From assembly GCA_040954595.2 (NCBI GenBank), contig CM082586.2, forward strand, positions 6,913,337 to 6,977,336: a DNA stretch of 64,000 bases, read 5' to 3'. The notes below the pieces were generated by a model. It ran no database searches. It had not been told where the DNA came from and worked only from the letters and a program-made list of their open reading frames with translations. A program made the position numbers and the translations under genes. Source of the stretch: Balanoglossus misakiensis (Eukaryota > Animalia > Hemichordata). Below, in pieces: positions 48,350 through 61,392 of this stretch (positions are counted from its first letter, which is position 1; every line of letters starts with the position of its first letter).

Positions 48350-51300
48350 TTATTTATGTTGTGATTTGTCCTCGGTTGAATCCATCTTCTTTCCTTTCCC
48401 TTTCCCTTTCCCAGGTCCTTTGCCCTTTCCTTTTCCGGATGCTGCACCTGTGCTCTTCTTCCCGCCTGTTTTTGCCTGAAAAGAAAAAAAAAAAATAATT
48501 CACCCGCAGTCTTTCACCAAATGTCAATATTTTTCTTCAAATTATATTTCAGCAGGGATGATATTATCCTACAATGCCCACTCTTTGAAAAAGTCAGTCT
48601 TATGACGTACATGTAAATGCATCATCAGTATACGTCATCTTCCACCTCCAGAGGGCGCTATACCTGTCAAATGCTAAGTGAATGCCAATGGTGCACGTGT
48701 GTGATAAGTGCTGAGATATTGATGTTTTTCCAAGCCCACAAACATACCTTGATCATTGCATCATGGGTAACATCATCATCGCTTTCAGACTCATTCCCAG
48801 CATTCACAGCTTCACCGCCCTCCTGCAACGCTTCTTCGTCCATTTCCATGGCGACCCCGCGCTTCTTCTTCGGTGCGCTCACGATAGAGTACGGAGTCAT
48901 GTGCGACTCTTTGTTGTAAGTTCTGGTAAAAGCTGCTTTCACCTGCAGAGAAAAGAAAGTGAACATTTTCCTTCATTTGTTTTGAGTGAGCTACTGATGT
49001 CTGTCTGTCTGTCTGGCAGAGCTGCTAGTGTTCCCCAAACAGTCATGACCCGGATGATGTGTGTGCAGGACACAAAATGGTGTCCAGCCACAGGAAAGGA
49101 ATTCTTCATAGTTCTTCATACAAATAGTCATATAGTCTGTGTTAGTGGCAACCTCTATATAGTGGCCACTTCAGTACCTGGCATAGAGGCCACTTTGTTA
49201 CAGTCCCCATGCAATTTACATGTACATTAATTGACCAATCAATAAAGGCCAGTTTAGGAAAGTTCTTTGACTGGCCATGTCACTGTAACTGTACAGATGC
49301 CCATAACAAACATCGCGCATAAATTCATGCATTGAGTCTAACTCACTCAACCTCATACACGAAAACACCGATGAAACAAACAGCTATCACACTGAAACCA
49401 ACCTTTGAGTTGACTGAACTCATGGGGTCCTTCTTTCCCTCGTAATGTCCAACTTCCATGATTCCGTCAAAGTCCTCTCGCTGCAGGTCATACTCATCTA
49501 AGAGGTCAATGACCTCTCTGACACCCCCTTGCTCCTTCTCAACGAGCGGCCGTGTCAGGAAATTCCTCAGATGTGGTATGTACTGCTGGTTGATTTCGGA
49601 TTTACTGGCTGAAGTTCTATTTCAAGACAAAAAACCAACCATCATATATACAACCATATTTCTGAAATACACAGTTCACTATGAATGATGGCTTATGGGT
49701 AATTTCAAATCTCCCATGAAGCTTCGGTGCTCACTTTCGTGACCAATGACTGAGCTTACATCCTGGCATTTTCACATACCGATCATGCCGTCCAAGGTGT
49801 GTGCAGCACTACAGTAAAGTATCCTGCAAGAAATGTGTTCATTTTTCTCGGCTGCCAAAGTTTGGTGTTGAAAGATGATACGACATGAAAGTACCAGGAT
49901 GTGTACCAGGTCATACAGAGGTCATGAAAGTAGCCAATGTCTTTTGCTGTGACATTCAAAAACCTTGAGGTTCTGGTAGTCTCTAGCACATGAAATATGC
50001 CAAGAAACTTTGATTAGACAGACAGACAGACAGACATAAAAGACTTCAGATCAGTTACAGGCAAACACAGGACACAGACAGACTGGTTGTCACCACTTAC
50101 TTCAATCTCATATGGGTCTGTAAGGTCTGCAGGAGTCTGTCGTTCTTTCCTGTGGATGAATTCTTGCCCAGCCAACTTGGAAAACTGACCATGAACGACA
50201 AACTTCCCTGCATAGCTTCTCCGGGCAGAACTGACGAGAACATGGCCTGCGAGGGAGAGGTAGGGTGCGTGGTCAGTGAAAAGACCAAAACTATGAAAAT
50301 TCATAACATTACCTGTCTTTAGAATCGACAGCAAATCTTCCATGAAAGAATCTGCTACAACCACATTACCTGCATTGGCAGCAGACTCCAACTCTGCTGC
50401 GACCTAATCTTCTTCTCCACCAAGTCGCCGTCGCTGATTCTGTCCGCCGCTTCACTCAACAACTGTAAATGTCGCTTGATATTCCCTCTGAAAATTGACA
50501 AAACACAACACAATGCTGACCAAAAGCTTGAATGAGCAACTCAAATACATGTAGTCTCGAATTTGAAATTCAAAATGGCCGCCAATCTCTGTGTTATCTC
50601 TATGGAGAAAAATTAAAGTGGTGATTTTTATGAAAACAAGATGGTGGACACCAAGTTTTCTTCCTTGTTTTCAAAATGAATCCCCACACACTACAATAAA
50701 GCAATGGATCGAAAGGTTTGGAGGATTATCATATTTTCTGAAAATTCGTCCCTGAGGCACATACTACATGTACATTAACCCTCTCACTACCATGGTTCAG
50801 TCTAAACCTATTGCTTTCTATGGTAAGGTTGGACTTCTATATCGGGAAATGGGGGTGGACAGGGTTAGTATTATAGGATTTTCTAGGAGCATACATAAGG
50901 TGTAACAGAAATGGGAGTGTACTAACCTTGCATTGACAGGTGATACCGAGACATAATTCTCCTGCACAAACAGCGGTCCGATCGAATAATCATGGAAGAA
51001 CAGATCCGACTTATCGTGGATGCTCATCTGTTTCCTCTCCTCTCCGAAACAGAACACTTTTCTGACAACATCAAACGGACCCTGCGGCAGAGAGACAGAG
51101 ATTACCGGTTCAAGATTTATCATCAAGGGTATTTATTCTGCTGCATTCTCATCTCTGGTTTGGCACATGCACATAATACGATCGTCGCCCTTTAACCCTA
51201 AGGCTGCCAAGTCAGTTGAAACTGGTTTGATTTCCAGGGTGCCTAGAATCCTGGCTCCCAGGCCTGTTAGACTGCCAAGTGCGTGTTACTCAGTAGGGCC

Positions 51301-54300
51301 TATACAAGACCCTCAGACCAATACAGTACAAACCAGTGCGATTTGGTACATTTTTCGGGGGGCTCAGACTGCCAAGTGTGTCTAAGTACGTATGTGAGCC
51401 ATGTCAAGACAGTCAAAATACGTTTTAGAAGAAAAAGTGGCAAATATGTATTTTAAGGGACTTGACACTCTAAACAGATATGGCACCCAGTAGCATTAGG
51501 GTTATTCTGCTGCAGTGTCATTGCTCTGTTGTGTTGCCGAAAACTTGCTGTTCATGTCAGAAATTCATAGCATTTGAGGGAAGCCATGAAGCTATAAAGG
51601 CCGACGATCGTCTTATGCGCATTACACATAAACACATGCTGATAACTGACTGACACTGACCATCTTAATGTCCTTCTTGGCTTTGTCCGAATCTTTCTTG
51701 ACCTGGTCATAGGTCAATGCCTTTTCACTTGCACTCCACATATTCAAATTATGAATAATCTGAAAGACAAATAAAAAAAATGGAAATCCTGCAATTCCAT
51801 TCAACAGAATATGTAAGCATTTTATATCAAAGTTTATCCATGAGAACTTTTATCTTTAAAAAGAAATATTACCACACCAGCCAATAGGATTACGTTTCTT
51901 TGACCACTTACACAAAACCTAACATCTCACCTGTCGGATATCCTGATTGGCTGCTATTATCATCTGATGTAAAGCAGGTGGTGGAATCTTTATTCCTTCT
52001 TTGTAAGCCAATGACATCATCGCACCCTGAAATAAATAATTATAAGTAATAAGAAAAGATTAGATGTGCATTTTACATTTGGGTGAGAATATTGTCCCTG
52101 ATAGGTAGTATCTTATATGAACCCCAGAATCTGTCGACAGTGGTAACATTTAAACTTTTATGCTTTATTTATTTATTTATTTGTTTGATTGATTGCTTGC
52201 TTGCTTGCTTGATTGATTGATTGATTGATTCAACAATGTACACTAATTTTCAACATTATCATCCTAACCTACCTTGATCTGTTCAACTCTTGGTCTCTGA
52301 AACCTGAGGTCGAAGCAATAATTACTCAGAGATCGCACTTTCATGCTGTTCCTGTCGTTACACATACAGATGATGGGTATCCTGGAGGCTTTAATGACTT
52401 GAATGAGTTCCTTATCAAAAATGAAAAAAGTATTAATATGAGTTGGTGTACTAAAATTGAACAATAGAAACTATCAGCTCTTTTAAAGGGAAACCTGTCA
52501 ATAGGACTACTCTGGAATAAAATGTTGTATGCAGACTACTGCAGTGTTCTACGGAAACTAGTCTCAGGATTAGTCACGTGATAGCAAACACATGGAAAGG
52601 GGTGAGTGTTTTCACAGGAATATGCATATTTTCACACATGGTTTTGTCTGTGTCGTGGTGCTTTTCGAATTCCGAGTTTCACATATTCCAGGTTTTGCCT
52701 TCAATGATGTCTGTCTTCTCTTGCAAACACACACACACAGTCAGACATACAGACACACACACAGACAGACAGGCACACACAGACAGACCGACAGACAGAC
52801 ACACACACACACACACAGCTTCTATTACCTGCATCCCCCCTCTATCCTCATTACCAGCCATACCATCCACCTCGTCCATTACCAGACAATGCTTCAGCCC
52901 TCGGTTAGCCTGGCTGGTACCACCGACAAAATCAACCACAGTCTGGTTGTCCACAGACTGCGCCACAACTTCTTTCAGACTCTTCTTGCTGCGTGTGTCA
53001 CTGGCATTCAGTTCAACATAGGAAAACCCTGCCTCCTGAAAATAACAAATATTTTAAGTCACACAGTTTGAGAACTCAAAGACAGACAGGCCATCCAGAA
53101 GTCTAATTATTACACAGAAAGTAGCCAAAGTGAAAAAGGGAGACTAAAATCTTTACTGATTTAAAAAAAACTAACACATGCACAGTGGATGAGAAATCTT
53201 CAATTAAAGACACAAGCACACCTATGCAAATTTAGCTATCCCAGCAAATGAAATTGAGATCCAGCCAATTTCAGTGGGTGGCACACACGAAAAAAAGAGT
53301 GCCAACATATATTCTTGAGAACACTCAAATATGCCATTTCAGTCATATATGGGCCTACATGTAAATTGGAGGTGACCGTATACCTTTAAGAGGTTGGAGT
53401 TATGGTGCTTTCAGCCTACCTGACAAACTAGCTGAGCACTTGTGGTTTTACCGACTCCCGGCGGGCCTGATAGTAACGCTGCTTTGAACCCCGATCCATC
53501 CTCTTTGTTCATGAACCCTGTGAAACAGTATGCAACGTTATAATGCTTATACTACCATCCAATATTGTATTTCTAAAGGTACATGTAGTAAACTGCAAAA
53601 TTTAGCCACAGTTACCATGGAAAGATGACATCTAACCAATTATGGATTTTCATTTGTCAACAATATGGAATCTATGTAGGTCTACGTAGGTACATCCCTA
53701 ATCCTGGCTCCCAGGTCTGTTAGACTGCCAAGTGCGTGTTACGCAGTAGGGCCTATACAAGACCCTCAGACCAATACAGTGCAAACCAGTACGATTTGGT
53801 ACATTTTACAGGGGGCTCAGACTGCCAAGTGTGTCTGAGTACGTATGAGAGCCATGGCAAGATACATTTTAGAAGAAAAAGTGGCAAATACGTATTTTAA
53901 GGGACTTGACAGTCTAAACAGATATGACACCCAGTAGCATTAGGGTTAAAGTAGTGATTTAGGTACATCATTACAAGTACCAGACAAAATTTTCATAATC
54001 CTACCTGGTTTTTTATTTCCAACATGTATACTGTGCCATCTCGTCAACCACTTCAGCAACTTTCGAACATTACTCTTCTCCCCTTGTTGACCGATGATCT
54101 GTTTGACGGATTTGGGTCGGTGCTTATCCACCCACATTAAGCTCTCTCCCGATTCGTCCGTTCTTGGCTTCTTGGCTGGGGAAGTGCTCTTCTGAACCAA
54201 TGGGCTTTCAGCTTTCGAAGTTGATGGAGCCGGTTTGACATCGGCCGGCAAGCTTTGTTTCTTTGTCATCGCAGGCTTTGAAAGCTGCGGCCAACAGAAA

Positions 54301-57300
54301 ACAATTCACAAATTGTGCAGGTTAGAAATTGTGCTATGATAATAAATTTCGCACAGTGCAAAAATTCGCATATATGCGTGAGTGCATGCTTTTTTATATA
54401 CCTGTCTCTACCAGGTCATGTACATTCTTGAGTAAGTCCACCCACAAGAGTAAGAGGACACATCATGTCACATCATACTGTAAAACACTTTATTTTCGCG
54501 AGTTGAAATTTTCGCGATATCGAGAGAGGCCATTGTTTTGCGAGTATTTATTTTCGCGTTCTCTCACTTCATTCACTGCATCGTTATCTTCAAAAAAAAT
54601 TACGCGACTTTTTATTTTCATGTTATTATGGCTCTCGCGTATTTCGAGAAAATATATTGCTCGCGAAAATAAAGTGTTTTACAGTAATTCATTACAATTA
54701 TTTTTGCAAAAATTCTTCTACCTTTTCTGGCTCCTCTTTGACTTCATACTTGGATTTCTTTCCAGGTAATGTCTTCACTAAGGCTAGTAGGTCATCCTCA
54801 TTGATGATCTTTGTTCCACATTGATTGGCCTTTGAAATACAAATTATTGTCAAATGAAAATTCAAAAAGATCAGGTAGATATCTAGAACACAACCAGTAA
54901 CCTATATGTATATAGTCAACTTTGTTATTGTGCAAAATTTGTATTCTAGTCCGGACTATAACTCACTTTGTCAACAATAACAATGGCCATTACACACATA
55001 CAGGCTATGTTGACAAGTGGAGTACTGGGTATATCAACATGCTGTTTGGAGTAGAACTAGAAATTGTATTTGATATACAGAACAAAAATACTGAAAATAA
55101 AGCCAAATGATACAGCTAATGTCCCTTTAAAGGGACAAAGTCTCTCTCTCGATACAAGACACTGTTTATGTTATTCTACATGTGGATATATAGTGAATCA
55201 ACGTTCAACCACACACACCTTCCATCCCATTTGTAGACATGAGAGTGAAAAAACTCGCCAAAATGAATAATCAGTGTTTACCATTTATTCATTTTGACGA
55301 GTTTTTACTCTCATATCGTACAAGTGGTATTGAAGTTGTGTGTGGTCGAACGTTGATTCACTATATATCAACATGTACATTAACATAAACGTTGTCTTGT
55401 ATCAAACATATTTAATGGGAAAAGGGCAGCGAGAGAGAGACTTTGTCCCTTTAACCAACCAGAAGACATTCAAACAGACATTACCTTGGATAACTTGCTC
55501 TCGCCTGGATCTATGCCAGTAACAAGGTAACTGGTTTTCTTACTGACATTTGTAGTAACTTTGCCGCCGTATCTCTCGATGATTTCCTTCGCTTGGTCCC
55601 TTTCTAACGAGTCCAACACACCAGTGATTACAAACGTCAGCCCTTCCATGCAATTTTCAGCTCCCTGAAGAGAAATTACATTCATTATTGGTTGTCTTAT
55701 CTCCCTGTTCAATGGGTCGTGAGGTTACAATGCAGGGGGAAACACTCTATTTTGAAAATTACATCCATTTCTTTCTTTCTAAAAAATCACATTTGCAGAA
55801 CTGCAGTAAGTACTAGTGATTTTTAAAAAAAAATTAAAATTTTATTTTTTTTTTTGAAAAATTTAATTTTTCATTTTTCTTAAATTCTCTACCTCAGGAA
55901 TTTCTTTCGAACCCAGAGCCTTGGGTCCTTCTCTCTGTAAATAAGCTCTGTACATAGAACGTTTCTTCTGTGGATCACTGGCTGGAGTTGCACTACTTGG
56001 GGACGTCTTCGTTGGCTGCGAGTCACTGGCTTGGCCTTGCGATTTCACTGGCGTCTCTTTGACTTCTTTCACGGGTGACTTCTCTGTCTTGATGGCCTTT
56101 GATGGAATCTTTGGTTTCTCGGATGATTTGACTGGTGTGTCTTCCACGAGAACTTTGGCACTTTTCACCTTGGCAGCTAGTTTGCTGGCCAGTCCCTTCT
56201 TGTCTGAAATTTACAAATCATCATGTCACTGCAGAAAATGACTGTCATTGACCAAAAGTGTAACAACAATATTTCCAGAAATCTAAAACACCAGGTTTAC
56301 TATCCATAATCTATAAGAAAGTTGGAAATAAGCACATTCCGGCATATCTCTATAACATGGCCTGTGATATGGCATACATTTACTGCTATATGCTATCAAG
56401 TCAGATGACTGCCATGTTCGATTCAAACTGATATGCGTATGTAAGTCACAGTGCACTGTCCTTGACAATTCTGGTGCCAAAACTGTATCCCAGTTTTGTA
56501 TCCCTGACCTTGCACACCAGTAGAAAGTGACAAAATGATGAAAACAGCAAAAAATCATTACTGGAAAGAATACACAGTATTACCTTCTTGGCTGTTGGAA
56601 GGGGTAGATGATCGAGATGGTCTCCTTGGCGATTGTCTCCTTTCTTTTATATCCTGTAAATTAAGCAGCAAAATGTTCACATTCAGTTTATGGGTGTTTT
56701 TTGCATTGTGATGAATGGCAAGTCTGGTGGAACTCGCCCTCTACAAAAAAAACACTGAATAAATCAACTTCTTTTGCCAGTTTTGGTTTTTATTATCACT
56801 GTAGTGCACCTTTATAAATCATCAACCTATTTTTGCAAAAGAAGAGAAATTTGTTAGTTGTCTTATCTCCCTGTTCAATGGGTCGTGATACAGTAAATCG
56901 TGACCTTTGACCCTTGACCTATTCATCTCTACCTTCTTGCCGTCTTCCTCGTCCAATAATTTCAGTGTTTGCAAGAAATCATCGTCATCGTGGTCTTCTT
57001 TATTCTTCTTGGCGAATGTCGTCGGGCTGTCTTCCTGTTCTGTTGGCTGATGGGTAGAAAAAAAGAAAGGTCAAAGGTTAAGCTAGTCCAAAAGTTGTAG
57101 GTATCACCAAAGTTATGGTAATTTCACAGGAAACAATGCGCTTACTTTGCCTCTCTTGGTAGGTGTTTTCTTGGCTGACCTCTGAACTGGAGAAGCACCA
57201 AAGAAATCCAGAGCTGTGGTTGGTGTCAGTTTTTCTTTCGCTGTTTCCTTCTGCTTTGGTTTCACCGAGGGTCCCTTCGGCGTGGTTGCTTTTGCAGGCG

Positions 57301-58482
57301 CTCGTTTAGGTTTGACACAAATATCTTCATCTACACAGATGGAGAAAATCATAAATATATCAGAGATAGATAATTGTATTACAGCTTGCTTGGAACGTCA
57401 AAGATGTCATAGGTCTACCTAACTAAGTTTCCTGAAACCTTTTGTTTTGTAAAAAAAATGAGTCCTTTTGTCGAGCTTACCAGAATCTGAAACGACGATA
57501 ACTTTCTTTTCCTTGACTTTTGTTGCTTTTCCGTTCGCCTTGACTCTAGATCTGGAACTGCTGGGTATGTCATCATCAGAATCTGCATTAATCACAGTGA
57601 AATAATGAGAGATAGAAACATTAGAAAACTAAAGTTTTAAATGGGAAATCAAGAAGTTGACAAACTTGCAAAGGGAAAGACAATTCTACCAAAGCACAAT
57701 AATAATAAATACTTCACACCTGAATCGTATATGACTCCCTTCTTGGCTTTCGTGGTTTTCTTGGATTTTTTGCTCCCGGCGAACTCATCCTCTCCAGACG
57801 AACTGCCAAGGTCTTTAGAATCTGGTCGCTTTCTTTTCCCTGATTTCTTGAGGTCTTCCTTATTTTTCCTCTTGCTGCTTTCCTTTTCATTTGTTTTAAT
57901 CTTGCTGGAGGTGCTCCCTCCTGCAGCACCGAAAAATCTCCTGATATCCTATAATTCAATCCAAAAATTATCGTCAGTTTTGTTTAAATTTTTCTAAGAA
58001 GTACAGAACAAACAAAACAAAGTTTCTAACTGTGTCAGCTCTGGGCTAACCCAAGGCTAACCTCTGGGTTGGCAATTTCAAGCTTAGGCGCCCCCATGTC
58101 ACATTTCATCACTATATATACATATACATATACATTACATCACCAATACACTCACTGTGTACATTTCCTTTCATGTATTAAAAGTCAAGAAGGTTGAGGA
58201 GTATTTGGAAGAACATGAAATCTAATGATTGATTAATATATTTCGCACTCATGACCACCAAAGCTGGGTAGTATTTATCTGTTTTTCTCGTACACAACAT
58301 CCGCAATATGGGGGTATCATTCATTGATGGGTCATACAACGTTGACACCACTTTATGTAATGTTCATTTTCATAAGAATAGGACGTCCCCGCGGGCCAGA
58401 CAGTTATATGCATCCGTAGCGGTTGTCCAGAATGTGTTCCATGTTTCAGAAAGACAATGTGGCATTTGTAGTAACTTACCAT
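48350..58482 (-). CDS. RFC1: Replication factor C subunit 1 (clamp loader large subunit), 21 coding exons, the first contributing only ATG
   Basis: ATG|gtaagt at 58482-58480 joins DIRRFFG (exon from 57948); REGPKALGSKEIP; BRCT GAENCMEGLTFVITG (55664-55485); LMWVDKHRP; Walker A GPPGVGKTT (53517-53420); Walker B MDEVDGMAGNEDRGG; IPIICMCNDR; FPSWLGKNS; KVKAAFTRTYNK; GK-rich last exon 48475-48350 ending TAA. Confidence 0.97.
50780..50863. mobile_element. Short piggyBac-like MITE remnant
   Basis: TTAA|ccctctcactacc ... ggggtggacaggg|TTAG; imperfect TIR and TSD. Confidence 0.45.
51196..51501. mobile_element. piggyBac-like MITE in an RFC1 intron
   Basis: TTAA|ccctaaggctgc ... gtagcattaggg|TTAT; near-identical shorter copy at 53696-53945. 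Confidence 0.75.
52728..52817. repeat. (CA)n/(CAGA)n compound microsatellite
   Basis: Directly visible; a (TTTA)/(TTGA)/(TTGC) compound repeat also lies at ~52164-52230. Confidence 0.9.
53204..53389. mobile_element. Copy of the Kolobok-like element seen at 7989-8172
   Basis: Shared cacctatgcaaat..ttcagtgggtggcacac..tcaaata(c/t)gccatttcag..ggaggtgaccgtataccttTAA. Confidence 0.75.
53696..53945. mobile_element. Second, left-shortened copy of the piggyBac-like MITE
   Basis: Aligns with ~51248-51501; ends gtagcattaggg|TTAA. Confidence 0.75.
54478..54684. mobile_element. TA-flanked MITE, family copy 2 (opposite orientation to 16146-16334)
   Basis: TA|ctgtaaaacactttattttcgcgag ... ctcgcgaaaataaagtgttttacag|TA. 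Confidence 0.85.
55131..55450. mobile_element. 320-bp fold-back TTAA-flanked element (Kolobok-like termini)
   Basis: TTAA|agggacaaagtctctctctc ... gagagagagactttgtccct|TTAA; interior is also a long imperfect inverted repeat. Confidence 0.8.
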
Positions 58483-58803
58483 CGTGCAAACGTGTCATGG
58501 AAAACAACACAACATCACAGTCATGATCACAACATCATGTGCATGACATTCGGATCAGCTGTTCAGAAAGAGTTCGCGCCAAAAAGTTCACTGCGCAAGC
58601 GCAAGTTGTTGGAAGCGACTGCGCTTTTCCCAGTTTTATTCCCGCACTCAGCACAGTTGGAAAATCGTCGGACCATAGTGGAAAAAATCTCAGGTCAGGT
58701 AAGGAAGGTGGAAAATACTTTCAAAGTCGAAATCGCTGAGAGCGCAAAGTTCTCTGCCGTATGCTAAAAAGGTGCGCGCGCATTCAGAAGTTGCTGAGAA
58801 GAA
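58483..58803. promoter_or_regulatory. Probable bidirectional promoter between RFC1 and a divergent gene
   Basis: CpG-richer ~320 bp between two opposed ATGs; E2F-like ttcgcgcc at ~58573; YY1-like aaatggcg at 58802. Confidence 0.55.
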
Positions 58804-61134
58804 ATGGCGGACCCGTTGAACAGGTAAACAATTACTTCTTGATCAGTGGCACGCCTGTCGCACATTTGACCAGGGCATCGCTTACCCAAGAAACGGTTAT
58901 GAAAACAAGAGTGTATGAATGCGATATGGTGACACATGGATCGGTCAATTATGCGCATTCCTCAAGCTAAACCGATCGCTCGATCGTCGTATGATTGATA
59001 ATTGTCATTTTCGGGTCATCGCGATCGCCGGCGATCGGAGTGATGAGATATGAGTCACAAGTTACAAAAGTGGTGAACACCCAAATTTTAACTACCACAT
59101 ACAGTGCCAGTTTCATTTAGATAAAGTCTAAATATTTCCCAAAGTGAAATTCCAAACCCGATCGCCGCCACATCCTTGCGATTCCATATCATCCCATTAC
59201 ACAATACATGAATAGGTGTATTCAAAAGGTGTCAATTATGCTAGTTATCACCATGGTAACAAGGCTCGAGAAATTATGCTAATGAATTCTGAAGACGTAC
59301 TCTCAGAAAAAAGGCAACCTCGCCCCTGAAATGTACAAATTGATAGTGATACTGTGTATTCAAACCAAAGAATATGATTTATATGAAAAAGTTTTTGATT
59401 TTTCTGTGGTAAATGATGTGTAATGGTTACATTTGAAATGTACATTTGAAAGAGGATAAATAACATTAGGATTAATAGGAAGACCTTTTTTCGTATGCAA
59501 CTTTGCCAGGAAAATTCTCAAGGACAGTCTTCAATGGCTCTATTCACTTTCGTGCATCACTGCCAGTTTCAGTGAAAAAAGAAATTGCCCCTTGACAGGA
59601 AATTTATTGAATGAAAATTCTTAGTGCTGTAGTGTTAATGACATTCATAATTTACACTTGCAATGTGTGTCAGTCAGTCAGTAAATGATATGCCTGACCG
59701 ACAGACAGTAAAATAAAGCGTTGAATGATTTTACCCATTTTATTTTTACATTCAAAATAGTTTTACTAATTCAATTGATAGTTATTTGTATATTGCTGAA
59801 CTCACTGAATTATGCTGATACATCTTATATCATCAGTTGAATCCACAAGATGTGTAAGGATACAGATCTGAAGGCTAACAGTTTAAGAAATATGACATAC
59901 ATAATATATATACCTTCTCATAGTCATACAAAGCTGAGATATCCAAAATAATGTCAAAATAAAAGCAGAAATGTTGATCCAAGATTTATAGTGCAATATC
60001 ACCTCAGTCATATTAATGCACCATGGTGACGTTTTATTGTCTCATTATAATATTATTCAGGGGTAATAGTACTAGCAACAATTTCTTGAAATTGCCATAG
60101 TACAGTAACGCAATATCCGACTTGCACCGAAAACCCCCAAATCTCATTTGCATGTTCTTTTTGAGCGATACATATCACCTCATTTAATTACTGCACAGAC
60201 TGGATTTTCATTTAGATGCATGATGTACTCAGGTTTACTTTAGACGAAACTACTGATGGCGAATGTACAACTAGAATTGACACTAATGACAGACAGGGCG
60301 TGTGACAGACAAATTGATAGCGCTGAACCCAAGGGAATATGTCTGGTTATACTGAAAGGAAGTCATGCTTAGTAGCGTTTTGTGAAGACTGATTTGATAA
60401 CAAATTTAGCATTTCACAACCATCAGTGAAGTGTATACTGAATCTAATCAAGCCGTAATAAAGCATAGATGATGTAGTACCATGGTAACATATTTTATAA
60501 ACACTGAAGGTAGTGACCTTTTTATACTGATGATAATGGCACTTGAAGAATGTCATGCTTAAAACATGACATTTCAAGTCATCCGCTGTCACAAGGGCAA
60601 TATTTAGTATTCTAAGTTGTATGTCGCTATGGCAGTACAAATCTCGCTTATTTCTTCATTGAACAACATTCCACAAGAAATGTATGGAACAACTTTCCAA
60701 AGATAGTATTACTGTGGCTTTGTGTATCTGGTATTTACATTTTTTTGATGAAAAACTGTAAGTATGAATAAGGCACTCATTCTGCAAACAGCAATACAAT
60801 CAGAATGGGAGCTAACATATGATTGGTTGTGCCCAAAATACTGCATACTGCAGTCATATGAATGCAGACTGTAACATTTATTTTATAGGTGACAAAACCT
60901 ACCCATGTTTTGAGTTTTTAATGTATTAATATGAACTTGATTTTTAATTTTTTTAGCGACATGGCAGCCAGTAAAGCTCAGAAAGTTTTGGAGCTGGAAG
61001 AATACTGGGCCAAGCAGAAGTCTGTGACATCGCCCCCTTCAGGCCGATTGGGGCACACTATGCCGCCAAGACCGTCTACCACGTCGCCAGTGGAGTCCCC
61101 GTACAAACGCAACTTTCACGTAACTTCACCATTT
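58804..61134 (+). CDS. First two coding exons (58804-58823, 60957-61134) of an unidentified gene; the rest was not found in this window
   Basis: ATG GCG GAC CCG TTG AAC AG|gtaaac splices in frame to tttttag|C GAC ATG GCA..CCA TTT|gtaagt, giving MADPLNSDMAASKAQKVLELEEYWAKQKSVTSPPSGRLGHTMPPRPSTTSPVESPYKRNFHVTSPF. Confidence 0.6.
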
Positions 61135-61185
61135 GTAAGTACAAGTATGCCATTTTGACTTTTCTCTGTCAGTTTTTCAGTTATA

Positions 61186-61392
61186 CTGTAAAACACTTTA
61201 TTTTCGCGAGCAATAAATTTACGCGAAATACGCAAGAGTCAAAATAGTGTGAAAATAAAAAGTCGCGTACTTTTTTGGGAAGATAACGATGCAGTGAATG
61301 AAATAAGAGAATGGGAAAATTAATACTTGCGAAACAGTGGCCTTTCTTGCTATCGCGAAAATTTCAACTCGCGAAAATAAAGTGTTTTACAT
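61186..61392. mobile_element. TA-flanked MITE, family copy 3
   Basis: TA|ctgtaaaacactttattttcgcgag ... ctcgcgaaaataaagtgttttacat|TA. Confidence 0.8.
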
